This document shows positions 12,722-24,977 of a stretch of DNA of 64,000 nucleotides, in pieces. Source of the stretch: Octopus vulgaris (Eukaryota); assembly GCA_951406725.2 (NCBI GenBank), contig OX597839.1, positions 27,776,001 to 27,840,000 on the forward strand, in the 5' to 3' direction. The translations under genes and the position numbers were made by a program. How positions within the stretch are numbered: the first letter of the stretch is position 1; every line of letters starts with the position of its first letter. The notes below the pieces were generated by a model. That model did not search any database. It was given only the letters and a program-made list of their open reading frames with translations, and was not told the origin of the DNA.

Positions 12722-13216
12722 ATGCCAACCCCCTTTTGCTTGCGAAGACCTGTTGGGGCAAGTGAAATCGAAATCGGAATCGAAATTGAACCAATCCTAT
12801 GACTGGCACCCGGCAGATGCCAGGACCCCTGGACTGGAGATACGTAAAAAGCACTATCCGAATCGTGGCCGATGCCAGCGCCGCCTCGACTGGCTTCTGT
12901 GTTGGTGGCATGTAAAAAGCACTATCCGAATCGTGGCCGAAGCCAGTGCCGCCTCGACTGGCTTCCGTGCTGGTGGCACATAAAATGCACCAATCTGACC
13001 GTGGCCGATGCCAGCCTCACCTGGCACCAGTGCAGGTGGCACATAAAAAGCACCCACTACACTCACGGAGTTGGTTGGCATTAGGAAGGGCATCCAGCTG
13101 TAGAAACTTTGCCAGATCAGACCGGAGCCTGGTGCAGCCTTCTGGCTTCTCAGATCCCCGGTCGAACCGTCCAACCCATGCTAGCATGGAGAACGGACGT
13201 TAAACGATGATGATGA
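12722..13216 (+). mobile_element. Family-E RTE-type 3' end inserted in (TA)n
   Basis: Four gtaaaaagcac-type units, ggaagggcatccagc and a (GAT)n tail. Confidence 0.85.
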
Positions 13217-13897
13217 TATATTTATATATATATATATTGTCATTTGTTGTGGTCGGTCACAGAAAGTAATCGTTTGTTTCATGTCTATTTTTGCTCTCAG
13301 CAATTTACACGACTCATCATATCCGTTCACACACACACACACACACACATACAATATTCTTTAACTTGCTTTATGCATCAAGACTCAGGCCATGCTGGAG
13401 CATCACCCATTACAAACATGCACGCAAATGTGCACACGTCTTTGTCAGTGACAGGTAACAGAGCCTCTTACATCCCTAAACTACTGTTAAATAGCTTCCT
13501 CCTGTAGACAGAGAGAGTAAGAAAGATGGATGGTGGTGGTGGTGTTGGTGTTAGTGGTGGTGCGGAGGGGGAGGGGTACCAGGCACAGGATTATGTTATA
13601 AGCAAGCAACAACTATAAGTTGAATGAATGTACGTATCAGATCGTATGAGTCAGTAAGAGACTCTCCTTCCTGGCAGCACACTTGATAAATTTGGAAGAT
13701 TGTTGTAGGGAGAAGGGGAAAAAAAGGAGCGGAGGAGAAGAAAAGAAATTTAGGGTACATGTAAGAATGTGTGAGTGTATGTGTGTGTGTGTGTGAATGC
13801 TTGTATGTGTATGTATGTGGGTGTGCATGTAAGCAGGTATGGTTATGTACGTATTTATGTATATGAGTGTGGATATGTATGTATGCATATATGTATG

Positions 13898-13936
<39 letters not shown>

Positions 13937-14193
13937 ATGTATATATGTATAAGTATGTATATATATATATATATGTGTGTGTATATATTAATATGTATAT
14001 ATATGTGTGTGTGTATGTGCATGTGTGTGTGTGTGTATATATATATATACACACACTCACAAACATGCGTTGAAAGACTTATAGATTTTATCACAGTATA
14101 CAATTGCCTGCCAATAAAATATATATGTGTGTGTGTGTGTATTTGTGTATGCATGTGTACATGCGTGTATATGTTTGTTCTACACATACATAT

Positions 14194-14228
<35 letters not shown>

Positions 14229-14500
14229 TATACACATATATGTAAGTATGTCATCGTATAAGCATATGCATACAAAAGCAAACTATGTAAAGACTATGTT
14301 TTAAAAAAAAAAAAAGTAAAACATTAGCAAACAATACTTTAACGATGCTAAGAAACTCAATGAAAACATATTCGTAAAGCGATAACGACAAACAGTCAAA
14401 TGAGATGCCAATTAAAAAGACAGGCTGAGTCATTTCTGGAAATATAAAATATTATGGATGTATATATGTGTGTGTGTGTGTGTCTCATAACCAGAAGTCC

Positions 14501-14558
<58 letters not shown>

Positions 14559-15025
14559 AATACAGACATGCTCTTTCTTCTTGTTTGATTTTTTTTTCTT
14601 TTATTCCGCTACTAGTGTATCTTCTCTTCTGAACTACCAGACTGGTGAGGGAGTCAGTTTCTTGTTAAGAGGTGTGTTAGGGCCCAAGGTATTTTGTTTA
14701 GTATTTGTTTTATCCCTGTTTGTACGGGGATGGTTGTGATAACATGAGTTAGATGGTGAAGTTATCTGATGCAAGATTTTACAGTTGGACGCTCTTTCTT
14801 TCACCAACCTTCATCTGATTAGGGATTTTTCATTCCAGAAGTGCAGAGTGTTTTGAATGGTCATAATGTCAACAAGGAATGTCAACATCATCACTGCTTT
14901 ACTTAAATGGTGACAAGTATGGAACGTCAACACTCATGCACATTTGCTCTCACAGACCACAGACATATAACTACATATGCATACATATATCTGTCTATGT
15001 GTGTGTGAGTGTGTGCATGTGTATA

Positions 15026-15069
<44 letters not shown>

Positions 15070-15460
15070 TATATAATGGAAATCGATCAATGGAAATTGC
15101 AGATGTGTTACCAGTGGCGGTGGCATGTAAGAGAACCTTCCGTTTCGCGACCGTTGCCAGCACCGCCCCGTTTCGTGTCCGTTGCCAGCCTCGCCTGGCC
15201 CTTGTGCCGGTGGCACATAAAAAGCACCATCCGTTCGTGGCCGTTTGCCAGCTCTGTCTGGCACCTGTGCGGGTGGCACGTAAAAAGCACCCACTACACT
15301 CACGGAGTGGTTGGCGTTAGGAAGGGCATCCAGCCGTAGAAACACTGCCAGATTTGACTGGGCCTGATGCAGCCTTCTGGCTTCACAGACCCCAGTAGAA
15401 CCGTCCAACCCATGCTAGCATGGAAAACGGACGCTAAACGACGATGATGATGATGATGAT
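15070..15460 (+). mobile_element. Family-E RTE-type 3' end (second subfamily)
   Basis: Shares the atcaatggaaattgc leader with 52120-52656; (GAT)n tail. Confidence 0.85.
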
Positions 15461-15783
15461 AGTTCAGCAAAAATTTAGATTCAGTTGAATATGGTACTTA
15501 AGCTAAAGGCAACAGAAGTTGGTATGGTATTATCCATATAAATCAAATAAGGTGATTATAATCAAAATAAGCAACAAGGATATCCAAAGGTTGTGCAGTA
15601 CAATCGTTTCATGCTACTTACAGTGTTTAATTAAATGAAGTAGCATGAAACAATTGTACTACACTACCTTGGATATCCTTGTTGCTTTTTGATTATATAT
15701 ATATATATATATATACATATGTTATGTATATATATATATGATTATATATATATATATATATATATATGTTAATATATATTATG

Positions 15784-16010
15784 TTAACCTTTGATATTTA
15801 AAATGGTCATATCAGGCTCAAATATCCTTTCTGCTTTATATTCAAACTGGCCTGATCTGGCCTCTCACACTCAACCTGCAATGTCATACTAAAAATAGAC
15901 ATTAACACAATAAAAATTTCAAAGCTACGAGATAATGCATGATTAATTCCAAATAATCTGGATAAATAAGTATTACATTTGGCAGAGGAATCCGAATATT
16001 AAAGGGTTAA
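15784..16010 (-). mobile_element. piggyBac-like MITE, complete
   Basis: ttaacctttgatatt ... aatattaaagggttaa termini with TTAA on both sides. Confidence 0.75.
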
Positions 16011-16116
16011 TATCTGTTTTTAATACTATAATAAAAACAATTTTACATTAAATTGAAAAATTACTCAATCCAGTTGGTAGAGTATAGATTTATTATTCTT
16101 TAACAAGAATAGCATT

Positions 16117-16161
16117 GATAGTGACTTCGAAGTTTTGGCCAGTTAAGCCATCATCAGATAT
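16117..16161 (-). ncRNA. Degenerate minimal type I hammerhead ribozyme (Penelope-like)
   Basis: Minus strand reads CTGATGA-T-GGC-ttaactg-GCC-AAAAC-TTCGAA-GTC. Stem III is palindromic, GAAA is mutated to AAAA and stem I is weak. Confidence 0.55.
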
Positions 16162-16169
16162 ATATTCTT

Positions 16170-16808
16170 TTATGTTCTTTTATTTTTTTAAGTCATTTTA
16201 CAGCAGCCATGCTGGAGCACCACATTTAGTCGAACAAATCAACCCCAGGACTAATTCTTTGTAAGACTAGTACATATTCTATTGGACTCTTTTGCCTAAC
16301 TGCTAAGTTACGAGGCCATAAACACACCAACATCAGTCAAGCGTTGATGGGAGGACACATACAGACACAGAAACATATACACTTAAATATATATATACAA
16401 TGGGCTTCTTTCAACTTCATCATCATCATCATCATCATTTAGCGTCCGTTTTCCATGCTAGCATGGGTTGGACGATTCAACTGGGGTCTGGGGAGCCCGA
16501 AAGCTGCACCAGGCCAGTCAGATCTGGCAGTGTTTCTACAGCTGGATGCCCTTCCTAACGCCAACTACTCCGAGAGTGTAGTGGGTGATACGTCCCCAAA
16601 GCACGGAGGCCAGTCTATGCGGTACTGGCTACGGCCACGTTCGGATGATTTTCTTGTGTGCCACCGGCACTGGTACTGTCTAGCAAATCCTCTCACAAGG
16701 CCTTGGTTGGCCCGAGGCTATACTAGAAGACACTTGCCCAAGATGCCACGCAGTGGGGCTGAATCCAAAACCATGTGGTTGGGAAGCAAGCTACTAACCA
16801 AACAGCCC
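16170..16808 (-). mobile_element. SINE-A interrupted by a family-E insertion (16418-16673)
   Basis: The A body resumes at ctagcaaatcc after the E segment. Confidence 0.8.
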
Positions 16809-16939
16809 ACTTTGTGTGAGGCTCTGATGAAGCTATAAGATGACTGTCAGGCACTCAACTGCAGGGACTGTCAGGCACTGCATCTTATTGCAGAAACAGC
16901 TGTAAGCTAATGAAGTGCATAAGATAAACATTTGTTCCT

Positions 16940-17248
16940 TTGTAAGTGGCTAAGCACTCCACAGACACGTGCACCCTTAACGTAGTTCTCGGTGATATTC
17001 AGCGTGACACAGAGAGTGACAAGGCCGGCCCTTTTGAAATACAGGTACAACAGAAACAGGAAGTAAGAGTGAGAGAAAGTTGTGGTGAAAGAGTACAGCA
17101 GGGACCACCACCATCCCCTGCCGGAGCCTCGTGGAGCTTTAGGTGTTTTCGCTCAATAAACACTCACAATGCCCGGTCTGGGAATCGAAACCGCGATCCT
17201 ACGACCGCGAGTCTGCTGCCCTAACCACTGGGCCATTGCGCCTCCACG
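16940..17248 (-). mobile_element. SINE-C lacking its 3' end
   Basis: Matches the other C copies from the head to taagtggct. Confidence 0.9.
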
Positions 17249-17898
17249 TGTTTATATATATACACATCTATAACCAACACAAGTTGCAATCTCTTGCCTG
17301 TTACTACGACCACCACAATCACCATAACTGCTCCCGCCAAGACTACCATTTCTTCTGTCACCTGCCTACTACTACCATCACACTGGTACCTTCCTGCTCC
17401 CACTCCCACTTCCACTCGTATCGCTGTCACCTACTACAGCCATCACCTGTCTTTCACCATTGCCACCCAGCTTTGCTACCACTACCACTACAACCCCCAC
17501 TACATCACTATTGACACCACTTCTGCCACGATTAACTCCCATCTATTACATTATCGCTTTCAGATTCCTGTCATCAACACCACTAGCATCATTGACAGGA
17601 ACTCCCATCAATGTCATCATCATTGTTATCGTCGTTATCGCCAGCATCATCATCATCATCACCACCACCACCATTATCATCAACCTCACCAACACCACCT
17701 TATCAACATCGCCATCATCATCATCATCATCACCATCACCATCATCATCACCATCATCATCATCATCATCATTGCCATCATCACCATCATCATCATCACC
17801 ATCATCATCATCTCCACCACCATCACCGCCACCGCCGCCGCTGCCATCAGAGAAGAAAACAGAAAAGAAATCAGCCCGGTTCACCTACCTAAACTCAC

Positions 17899-17919
17899 TG
17901 TCCCCTTAAGGGACAGGAT
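17899..17919 (-). CDS. Candidate 21-nt microexon (ILSLKGT if phase 0) of an unidentified host gene
   Basis: Minus strand: ttgctaatgttgcttccacAG|ATCCTGTCCCTTAAGGGGACA|GTgagt. Branch-like CTAAT, UGC motifs, consensus donor, frame-preserving length, in a unique island. Confidence 0.45.
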
Positions 17920-18139
17920 CTGTGGAAGCAACATTAGCAACCGGCAAGAATTTATTGATTTAGGTAGAGAGCAGAGGGGGGAGGGGAGGGCAGCAGGAGG
18001 CAGGTGTGGGGCAGAAGGACACCATTAACAAAAGAATGAAGAGATCCTTAACATGTCTGCACATCTGCCCACTTGTATGTATATAAGTGCATGTGTGTGT
18101 GCGTGTATAAATATATATACACACACACACACATACACA

Positions 18140-18179
<40 letters not shown>

Positions 18180-18193
18180 TATATATGTGTATA

Positions 18194-18237
<44 letters not shown>

Positions 18238-18311
18238 TATATGTATATATATATGCATATATATATATATAAATGTATATATATATAAATGTGTATATAC
18301 GCCCCCTCCCC

Positions 18312-18356
<45 letters not shown>

Positions 18357-18711
18357 CGAGACGTGTGTGTGTGTGCCTACATGTGTCTGCACACCTGCCC
18401 ACTTGTATGCATATTTGAATGTGTGTGTGTGTGTGTGTGTGTGCATGTGTGTGTGTGTGTGTGTGTGTATATGCCTATATGTGTGTGCGTATGTGTCAGT
18501 TGTATCAAAGTGCTTGTTTATGCAAAGGTTGTTATCCCTAAAGAATTTCAGGAATGTCAGATGGTAAGTGTCAGCAAAATTCCCTAAATGAAAGCAGTCA
18601 AGTTTCAAACGTCTGCGTCTCGGCTGTAGTAGAGATTTCGATGCATCTCATCCGGATCAGTGTTGGTGTTGACAGATCTCATTTAATTATGGGTGAATTT
18701 CCATGATAGCA

Positions 18712-18744
18712 ATAATAATAATAATAATAATAATGATAATAATG

Positions 18745-18779
<35 letters not shown>

Positions 18780-18858
18780 TAATAATAATAATAATTAATA
18801 ATGATAATGATGATAATGATAATAATAATAATAATAATAATAATTAATAATAATGATA

Positions 18859-18889
<31 letters not shown>

Positions 18890-18959
18890 TAATAATAATT
18901 AATAATGATAATAATAATAATAATAATGATAATAATAATAATAATTAATAATGATAATA

Positions 18960-19004
<45 letters not shown>

Positions 19005-19112
19005 AATAATGATAATAATAATAATATTAATAATAATAATTAATAATAATAATAATTAATAATAATAATAATATAATAATAATAATAATAATAATAATTA
19101 ATAATAATCATA
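18712..19112. repeat. (AAT/GAT)n trinucleotide tract
   Basis: Seen directly. Confidence 0.97.
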
Positions 19113-19115
19113 ATA

Positions 19116-19670
19116 GCCCTGATGCAGTACCAGACAGTGGCTCTCATGGCTTCTGATCTTAACTGATTGGAAGTGTTATCATGTACATTGTTTTGTCTTG
19201 GTATAAAAGATGGGCTACAGCAAATATCCTGCTCAATACCACAGATTTGCTTGTCAGTTGTTTGACCTTAACCAGTTGAGCATGTCCCTTGGTGGCTGAC
19301 GATATGTGCATCTCTGATCACGAGCAGAAGTAGTGGGGGAGCATCATAGCCATGTGTTGAGAGGGATTCTTTGGGGTTTGAATAATTCACCTCTGGAAAC
19401 ATGGGTGGTTCTTTCAACATCCTTAAACAACCCTTATTCAGGGACCTTTTGAGCGGGATGGGCTACTCAACCTGAAGAAAATTGTAACTGGGCCCCACCT
19501 GCAAGGTCATGTGCTGTTTATCTTGATATGAGATCACCATGTCGCGCACATATGGTTGTGATGCATGTGCCTGGTGTACCCTTATCAGACGGGTAGCCAT
19601 GATGGGTATATTGGGCTTCGTATATTTTACCCCAGTGTCACTTTGATGGCATGAACTGCTCTCTCACTCA
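19116..19670 (+). mobile_element. 555-bp non-autonomous element F embedded in (AAT)n
   Basis: Same termini (gccctgatgc...ctctctcactca) as the minus copy at 43735-44289; no long ORF and no tRNA head. Confidence 0.85.
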
Positions 19671-19775
19671 ATAATAATAATAATAATAATAAATATAACA
19701 ATAATAACAATAATAATAATAATCATGATAATAATAACAGTAGCAGAGTAGCAGAAATAGTGTAGTAGTAGTAGT

Positions 19776-19807
<32 letters not shown>

Positions 19808-20257
19808 AAGCAGCAGCAGTAACTGTAGTAGTAGTAGTAGTAGCAGCAGCAGAACCTTAGTTGTAGTAGTAGTAGCAGCAGCAGAACCTTAGTTGTAGTA
19901 GTAGTAGTAGTAGCTGCAGTAGTAGCAGCAGCAACCATAGTTGTAGTAGTAGTAGTATTAGCAGCAGCAGTAGTAGAGGTGGTGGTAGTAGTAGTAGTAG
20001 TGCAAATTACAATTGCTTCAAATTTGGACACAAGCCCAGCAGTTTTGAAGGGGGGGGGGCACTCAATTAGGCCAATCCCCCCCACCCCACAACCCTGGTA
20101 CTTTATTTTGTTTGACTCTGAGAGCATGAACGACCAAAGTAAACTTTGGTGGGAATTGAACTCAGAAATATTTTCAGATTGGATAGAGAGAGAAAGGAGA
20201 CCATCAGATATGTATGTATGAATGTGAGTATGTATGTACGTATGTATGTTCTCTTTA

Positions 20258-20643
20258 GTGGAGGCGCAATGGCCCAGTGGTTAGGGCAGCGGACTCGCGG
20301 TCTTAGGATCGCGGTTTCGATTCTCAGACTGGGCGTTGTGAGTGTTTATTGAGCAAAAACACCTAAAAGCTCCACGAGGCTCCAGCAGGGGATGGTGGTG
20401 ATCCTTGCTGTACTCTTTCACCACAACTTTCTCTCACTCTTACTTCCTGTTTCTGTTGTACCTGTATTTCAAAGGGCCGGCCTTGTCACTCTCTGTGTCA
20501 CGCTGAATATCCCCGAGAACTACGTTAAGGGTACACGTGTCTGTGGAGTGCTCAGCCACTTACACGTTAATTTCACGAGCAGGCTGTTCCGTTGATTCGG
20601 ATCAACCGGAACCCTCATCGTCGTAACCGACAGAGTGCTTCCA
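20258..20643 (+). mobile_element. SINE-C, full length, with TSD atgttctcttt
   Basis: tRNA-like head with A and B boxes; flanking direct repeat. Confidence 0.93.
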
Positions 20644-20689
20644 TGTTCTCTTTCTCTTTTTAATTCAGAATAAATTTTGAGAGGCCACC

Positions 20690-21115
20690 TGTTTGGTAGC
20701 AAGGTTCTGAAGGAAAACATTTTGTTTTTGCCATTTTCCTTTAAATCTTAAGAAGCTTCTTGCAGACTTTCATAATCCCAGATATGATCATTTGTAGTGT
20801 ACGAAAGAAAGATTTGCATTATCTCCCCAAGATCCCAACTTCAGCCGTACTTTGCTCCAGATGGGTTTGTATATATCTTCTCACTCCAGTAATAATCGGT
20901 ATGAAGCTAAAAGCATTCCTTAGGTACTGGATTTGCAAAATCTTCATCAATGGTCCATAGATATCCTCTTTCTCTTGTATTTTCCCAACCACATTGTTGT
21001 CCAGAGGGCAGCTTATTTCCATAACAGAGCATATCTTTTTCCTGCGGTCCCACAGAGCAATATCTGACTGGTTGTGTTTCAATTTGGTGACTGTTTTAAT
21101 TTCTAAGTTCCATCG
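20690..21115 (-). pseudogene. R4/Dong-like non-LTR retrotransposon C-terminal restriction-like endonuclease fragment
   Basis: KHNQSDIALWD..SVMEISCPLD..QEKEDIYGPL..IPIITG fits the RLE pattern (R)PD..E/D..K..KY..P..G; frameshifted downstream. Confidence 0.75.
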
Positions 21116-21629
21116 ATATTCTTTTGATCTGTATCAGTGTCCGTATTGTCAGCTTTGTTTGTAGGTGTCTTTTTTTGTTATTCTGTTCCATGTATGTTTG
21201 TACGCATGAATGTATATATGAGGGTGTGCACGTGCACACTTGCACATATGTGTGTTTGTGTTTCCCTCCCTTGTGTTTCCCTCCCAATCACAAACGCAAT
21301 CCAATGAAGATAGATTTCTTTATTAAGCCACGCAGGGCCGAACACAGAGGGGACAAATCAATGTAGAATTTTTCTTTTCAAAACCGATCAATAGGGATCG
21401 AAAACGTTTTGGAACGTGTACACAAAGAGATAGCAAGGTAACGTTTTAACAACAGGGACTCTCAAAAGGGGGAGAAGATATAACACTGACTAGGGTTATC
21501 CGTGGAAAGAAAAACCTACGCAAAACAACCACAGTAACCTTGGGAAAAATAAACATGAGAGCAAAATACCCTTTCTCTTTTTGTTCTATAAGGTTCATGC
21601 TCAAAGTGGTTTCATTATTCATGCATACC

Positions 21630-22044
21630 TATTTCTTTACTACCCACAAGGGGCTAAACACAGAGGACAAACAAGGACAGACAAACAAGTTAAGTTGATT
21701 ACATCGACCCCAATGCGTAACTGGTACTTATATAATCAACCCCAAAAGGATGAAAGGCAAAGTCGACCTCGGTGGAATTTGAACTCAGAACGTAGCGGCA
21801 GACGAAATACCTATATCTTTATTACCCACAAGGGGGCTAAACACAGGGGGGACAAACAAGGACAGACATAGGTATTAAGTCGATTACATCGACCCCAGTG
21901 CGTAACTGGTACTTAATTTATCGACCCCGAAAGGATGAAAAGCAAAGTCGACCTCGGCGGAATTTGAACTCACAACGTAATGCAGACGAAATACCGCTAA
22001 GCATTTCGCCCGGCGTGCTAACGATTCTGCCAGCTCACCGCCTT
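21630..22044 (-). mobile_element. SINE-B dimer with TSD atgcatacc
   Basis: One head, an internal junction at ~21810 and a 9-bp flanking repeat. Confidence 0.9.
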
Positions 22045-22192
22045 GATGCATACCATCTTTGCTACATTCACCTACCTTTTATTAAACTTATCACTAGACA
22101 AAACTTCCCTCTTTCTTCTCACCTTCCTTTTCAAGTAATACTTACCAAAAATCCAACGCAGATAGATGGCTACGTTACACCAACTTGTACAC

Positions 22193-22707
22193 AGGCGCAG
22201 GAGTGGCTGTGTGGTAAGTAGCTTGCTAACCAACCACATGGTTCCGGGTTCAGTCCCACTGCGTGGCATCTTGGGCAAGTGTCTTCTGCTATAGCCCCGG
22301 GCCGACCAATGCCTTGTGAGTGAATTTGGTAGACGGAAACTGAAAGAAGCCTGTCGTATATATGTATATATATATAATAAACCTTTACATAAATAAATAA
22401 CGTGAAATACACGAAGGGACGAACAAAAAGACAAACGGGTCATTCAAAGCCTTCATTCTTCAGTCAGAAACTGATCCCTCATCGCAGATTTCGGCGTGTG
22501 TGTTTGTGTGTCTGTGTTTGTCCCCCTAGCATTGCTTGCAACCGATGCTGGTGTGTTTACGTCCCCGTCACTTAGCAGTTCGGCAAAAGAGACCGATAGA
22601 ATAAGTACTGGGCTTACAAAAGAATAAGTCCCGGGGTCGATTTGCTCGACTAAAGGCGGTGCTCCAGCATGGCCGCAGTCAAATGACTGAAACAAGTAAA
22701 AGAGTAA
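22193..22707 (+). mobile_element. SINE-A, full length, with a ~120-bp insert in its microsatellite
   Basis: ggcgcaggagtggctgtgtggtaag head through the family tail; foreign segment at 22376-22495. Confidence 0.92.
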
Positions 22708-23341
22708 CTATACATGGCTCTAATTGCACTGCTTCTGTTTCAACAAACACACACACTTTTTTAGATATAGTTAACGAGTATCCATACTTACTCAGACCCA
22801 TACTATCCTTTTATCATCTCTTTCTTTTCTTTCCTCTTTCTATTTTTCTCTGCTTTTTTATTTTTTTTTTTTATATATTTTTTGCTGGCAACTGCTTTTG
22901 GTTGACTCAGCCAGATTGGTTGTTGTTGTTGTTGTTGTTCTCTAATGTCCACACCTCCAAGACATTCCTGTCTGGTGTTTTGTTTGACCAGTTCAAATGG
23001 ACCAAACTTTGATAATCTCACGTAGTCTCTTGATAAACAACATCAAAGACAGATTTTTTTCACCGTTTCGTTTTAGGATGAGCTGCGAATGATACTTACA
23101 TACATACATACATACATGCACACACAAACATGTGCACATTTACACATACATATATACACACAAATATACTCACATGCATATTCTCATACATACATACATA
23201 CACACATACACACACATATACACACACACACATACACACACACACACACCTATATGTAAACTGCATTTTCCTTTTATTTTATATATATATTTTTTGCATA
23301 TATATATATATATATACATACACACACATACATGTATACAT

Positions 23342-23376
<35 letters not shown>

Positions 23377-23381
<5 letters not shown>

Positions 23382-23605
23382 CTTTACTACCCACAAGGGG
23401 CTAAACACAGAGGAGACAAACAAGGACAGACAAAGGTATTAAGTCGATTACATCAACCCCAGTGCGTAACTGGTACTTAATTTATCGACCCCGGAAGGAT
23501 GAAAGGCAAAGTCGACCTCAGCGGAATTTGAACTCAGAACGTAACGGCAGACGAAATACGGCTACGCGTTTCGCCCGGTGTGCTAACATTTCTGCCAGCT
23601 CGCCA
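23377..23605 (-). mobile_element. SINE-B monomer in (TA)n
   Basis: Full family match. Confidence 0.9.
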
Positions 23606-24073
23606 CTGTATATATATATATACACACACACACACATAGACAGACAGACAAATGGATGGATAGTTACATAGATAGTTAGGAAGACAGACAGTTGGACAAG
23701 CAGATGGACAGATAGACAGACAGATAAATATGAGATGCATTCCAAAAAATTTCAGACTTTTTTAGGGGAGGCAGTCATAACTGTTCTGAGTTATTGTAAT
23801 CTCAGTATATCATCACTATACTTCTAATAAGCTGACCTGCCAACTTTTGTTATTCTACATTGAAGGAAGATGGCTGTAACAGCACTTGGAACACACCCTA
23901 CTAAGCACAGCTGACTAGTTTGCAGAATGCAGTTAGGGGGGCATTGGCCACAGCTGCTATTTTTGTTTTGCTTGACTCGACAGGTCTTCTCAGATGTTCT
24001 CTCGACATCATTCACATGACTCGGGCTCAGAAGTTACAGCACAAGTTGTTATGAATAATCGAAAAAATTAAAA

Positions 24074-24229
24074 GTGTGGTAAGTAGCTTGCTAACCAACC
24101 ACATGGTTCCGGGTGCAGTCCCACTGCGTGGCATCTTGGGCAAGTGTCTTCTGCTATAGCCCCTGGCCGACCAATGCCTTGTGAGTGGATTTGGTAGATG
24201 GAAACTGAAAGAAGCCTGTCATATATATG

Positions 24230-24262
<33 letters not shown>

Positions 24263-24491
24263 GTGTGTGTGTGTTTGTGTGTCTGTGTTTTCCCCCTAGC
24301 ATTGCTTGACAACCGATGCTGGTGTGTTTACGTCCCCGTCACTTAGCGGTTCGGCAAAAGAGACCAATAGAATAAGTACTGGGCCTACAAAGAATAAGTC
24401 CCGGGGTCGATTTGCTCGACTAAATGCGGTGCTCCAGCATGGCTGCAGTCAAATGACTGAAACAAGTAAAAGAGTAAAGAGTAAAAGAGTA
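24074..24491 (+). mobile_element. SINE-A, young copy
   Basis: Full family match with a gtaaaaga tail repeat. Confidence 0.92.
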
Positions 24492-24977
24492 ATTCAAATT
24501 CAATGTTTTCTTGAAACAATAAATTTCTCCAGAGATTAGGATTTAAATTCCAATCTATGGAAAGTTTCCGTTCCACAATATTCTTAAAGGAGCAAAATAT
24601 TATCCGACATCTCAGGATAATAGGAATGAGCCTGGTCTAAAAGACTAACTGGCATCTCTTGTCGAGAGTACAGGCAACAGTCAGGTCGCTGGTGTTTGTT
24701 GTGCACTCCACTGTTGTTATTTGATTGCTGTTCTTCTTTGCATCTGTGTGTAAAGATCAGTTGGGTTTTGCAAAGTTGCTTCATTTTTACCCTTAACATA
24801 GAAACGGAGAAAGACATGGTGCTCGGTATAAAAAAAATAAGCCATTGCGGGGCTTGAAATATTGCAGAAAAACATGGAATTCTTTGAGCAAGCATGTGTC
24901 TTATGCAAAATCTGTGATGAGCCCAAGTAATGCTGATGGCCTGGAGTCGCCTCCGATATTTGTATATGTCAATGGCA

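Noticed and set aside
23730-24960. Possible very old mariner-like remnant or exon in the non-SINE parts
   Set aside because: Only a vague TIR resemblance at ~23730 and no recognisable protein motif.
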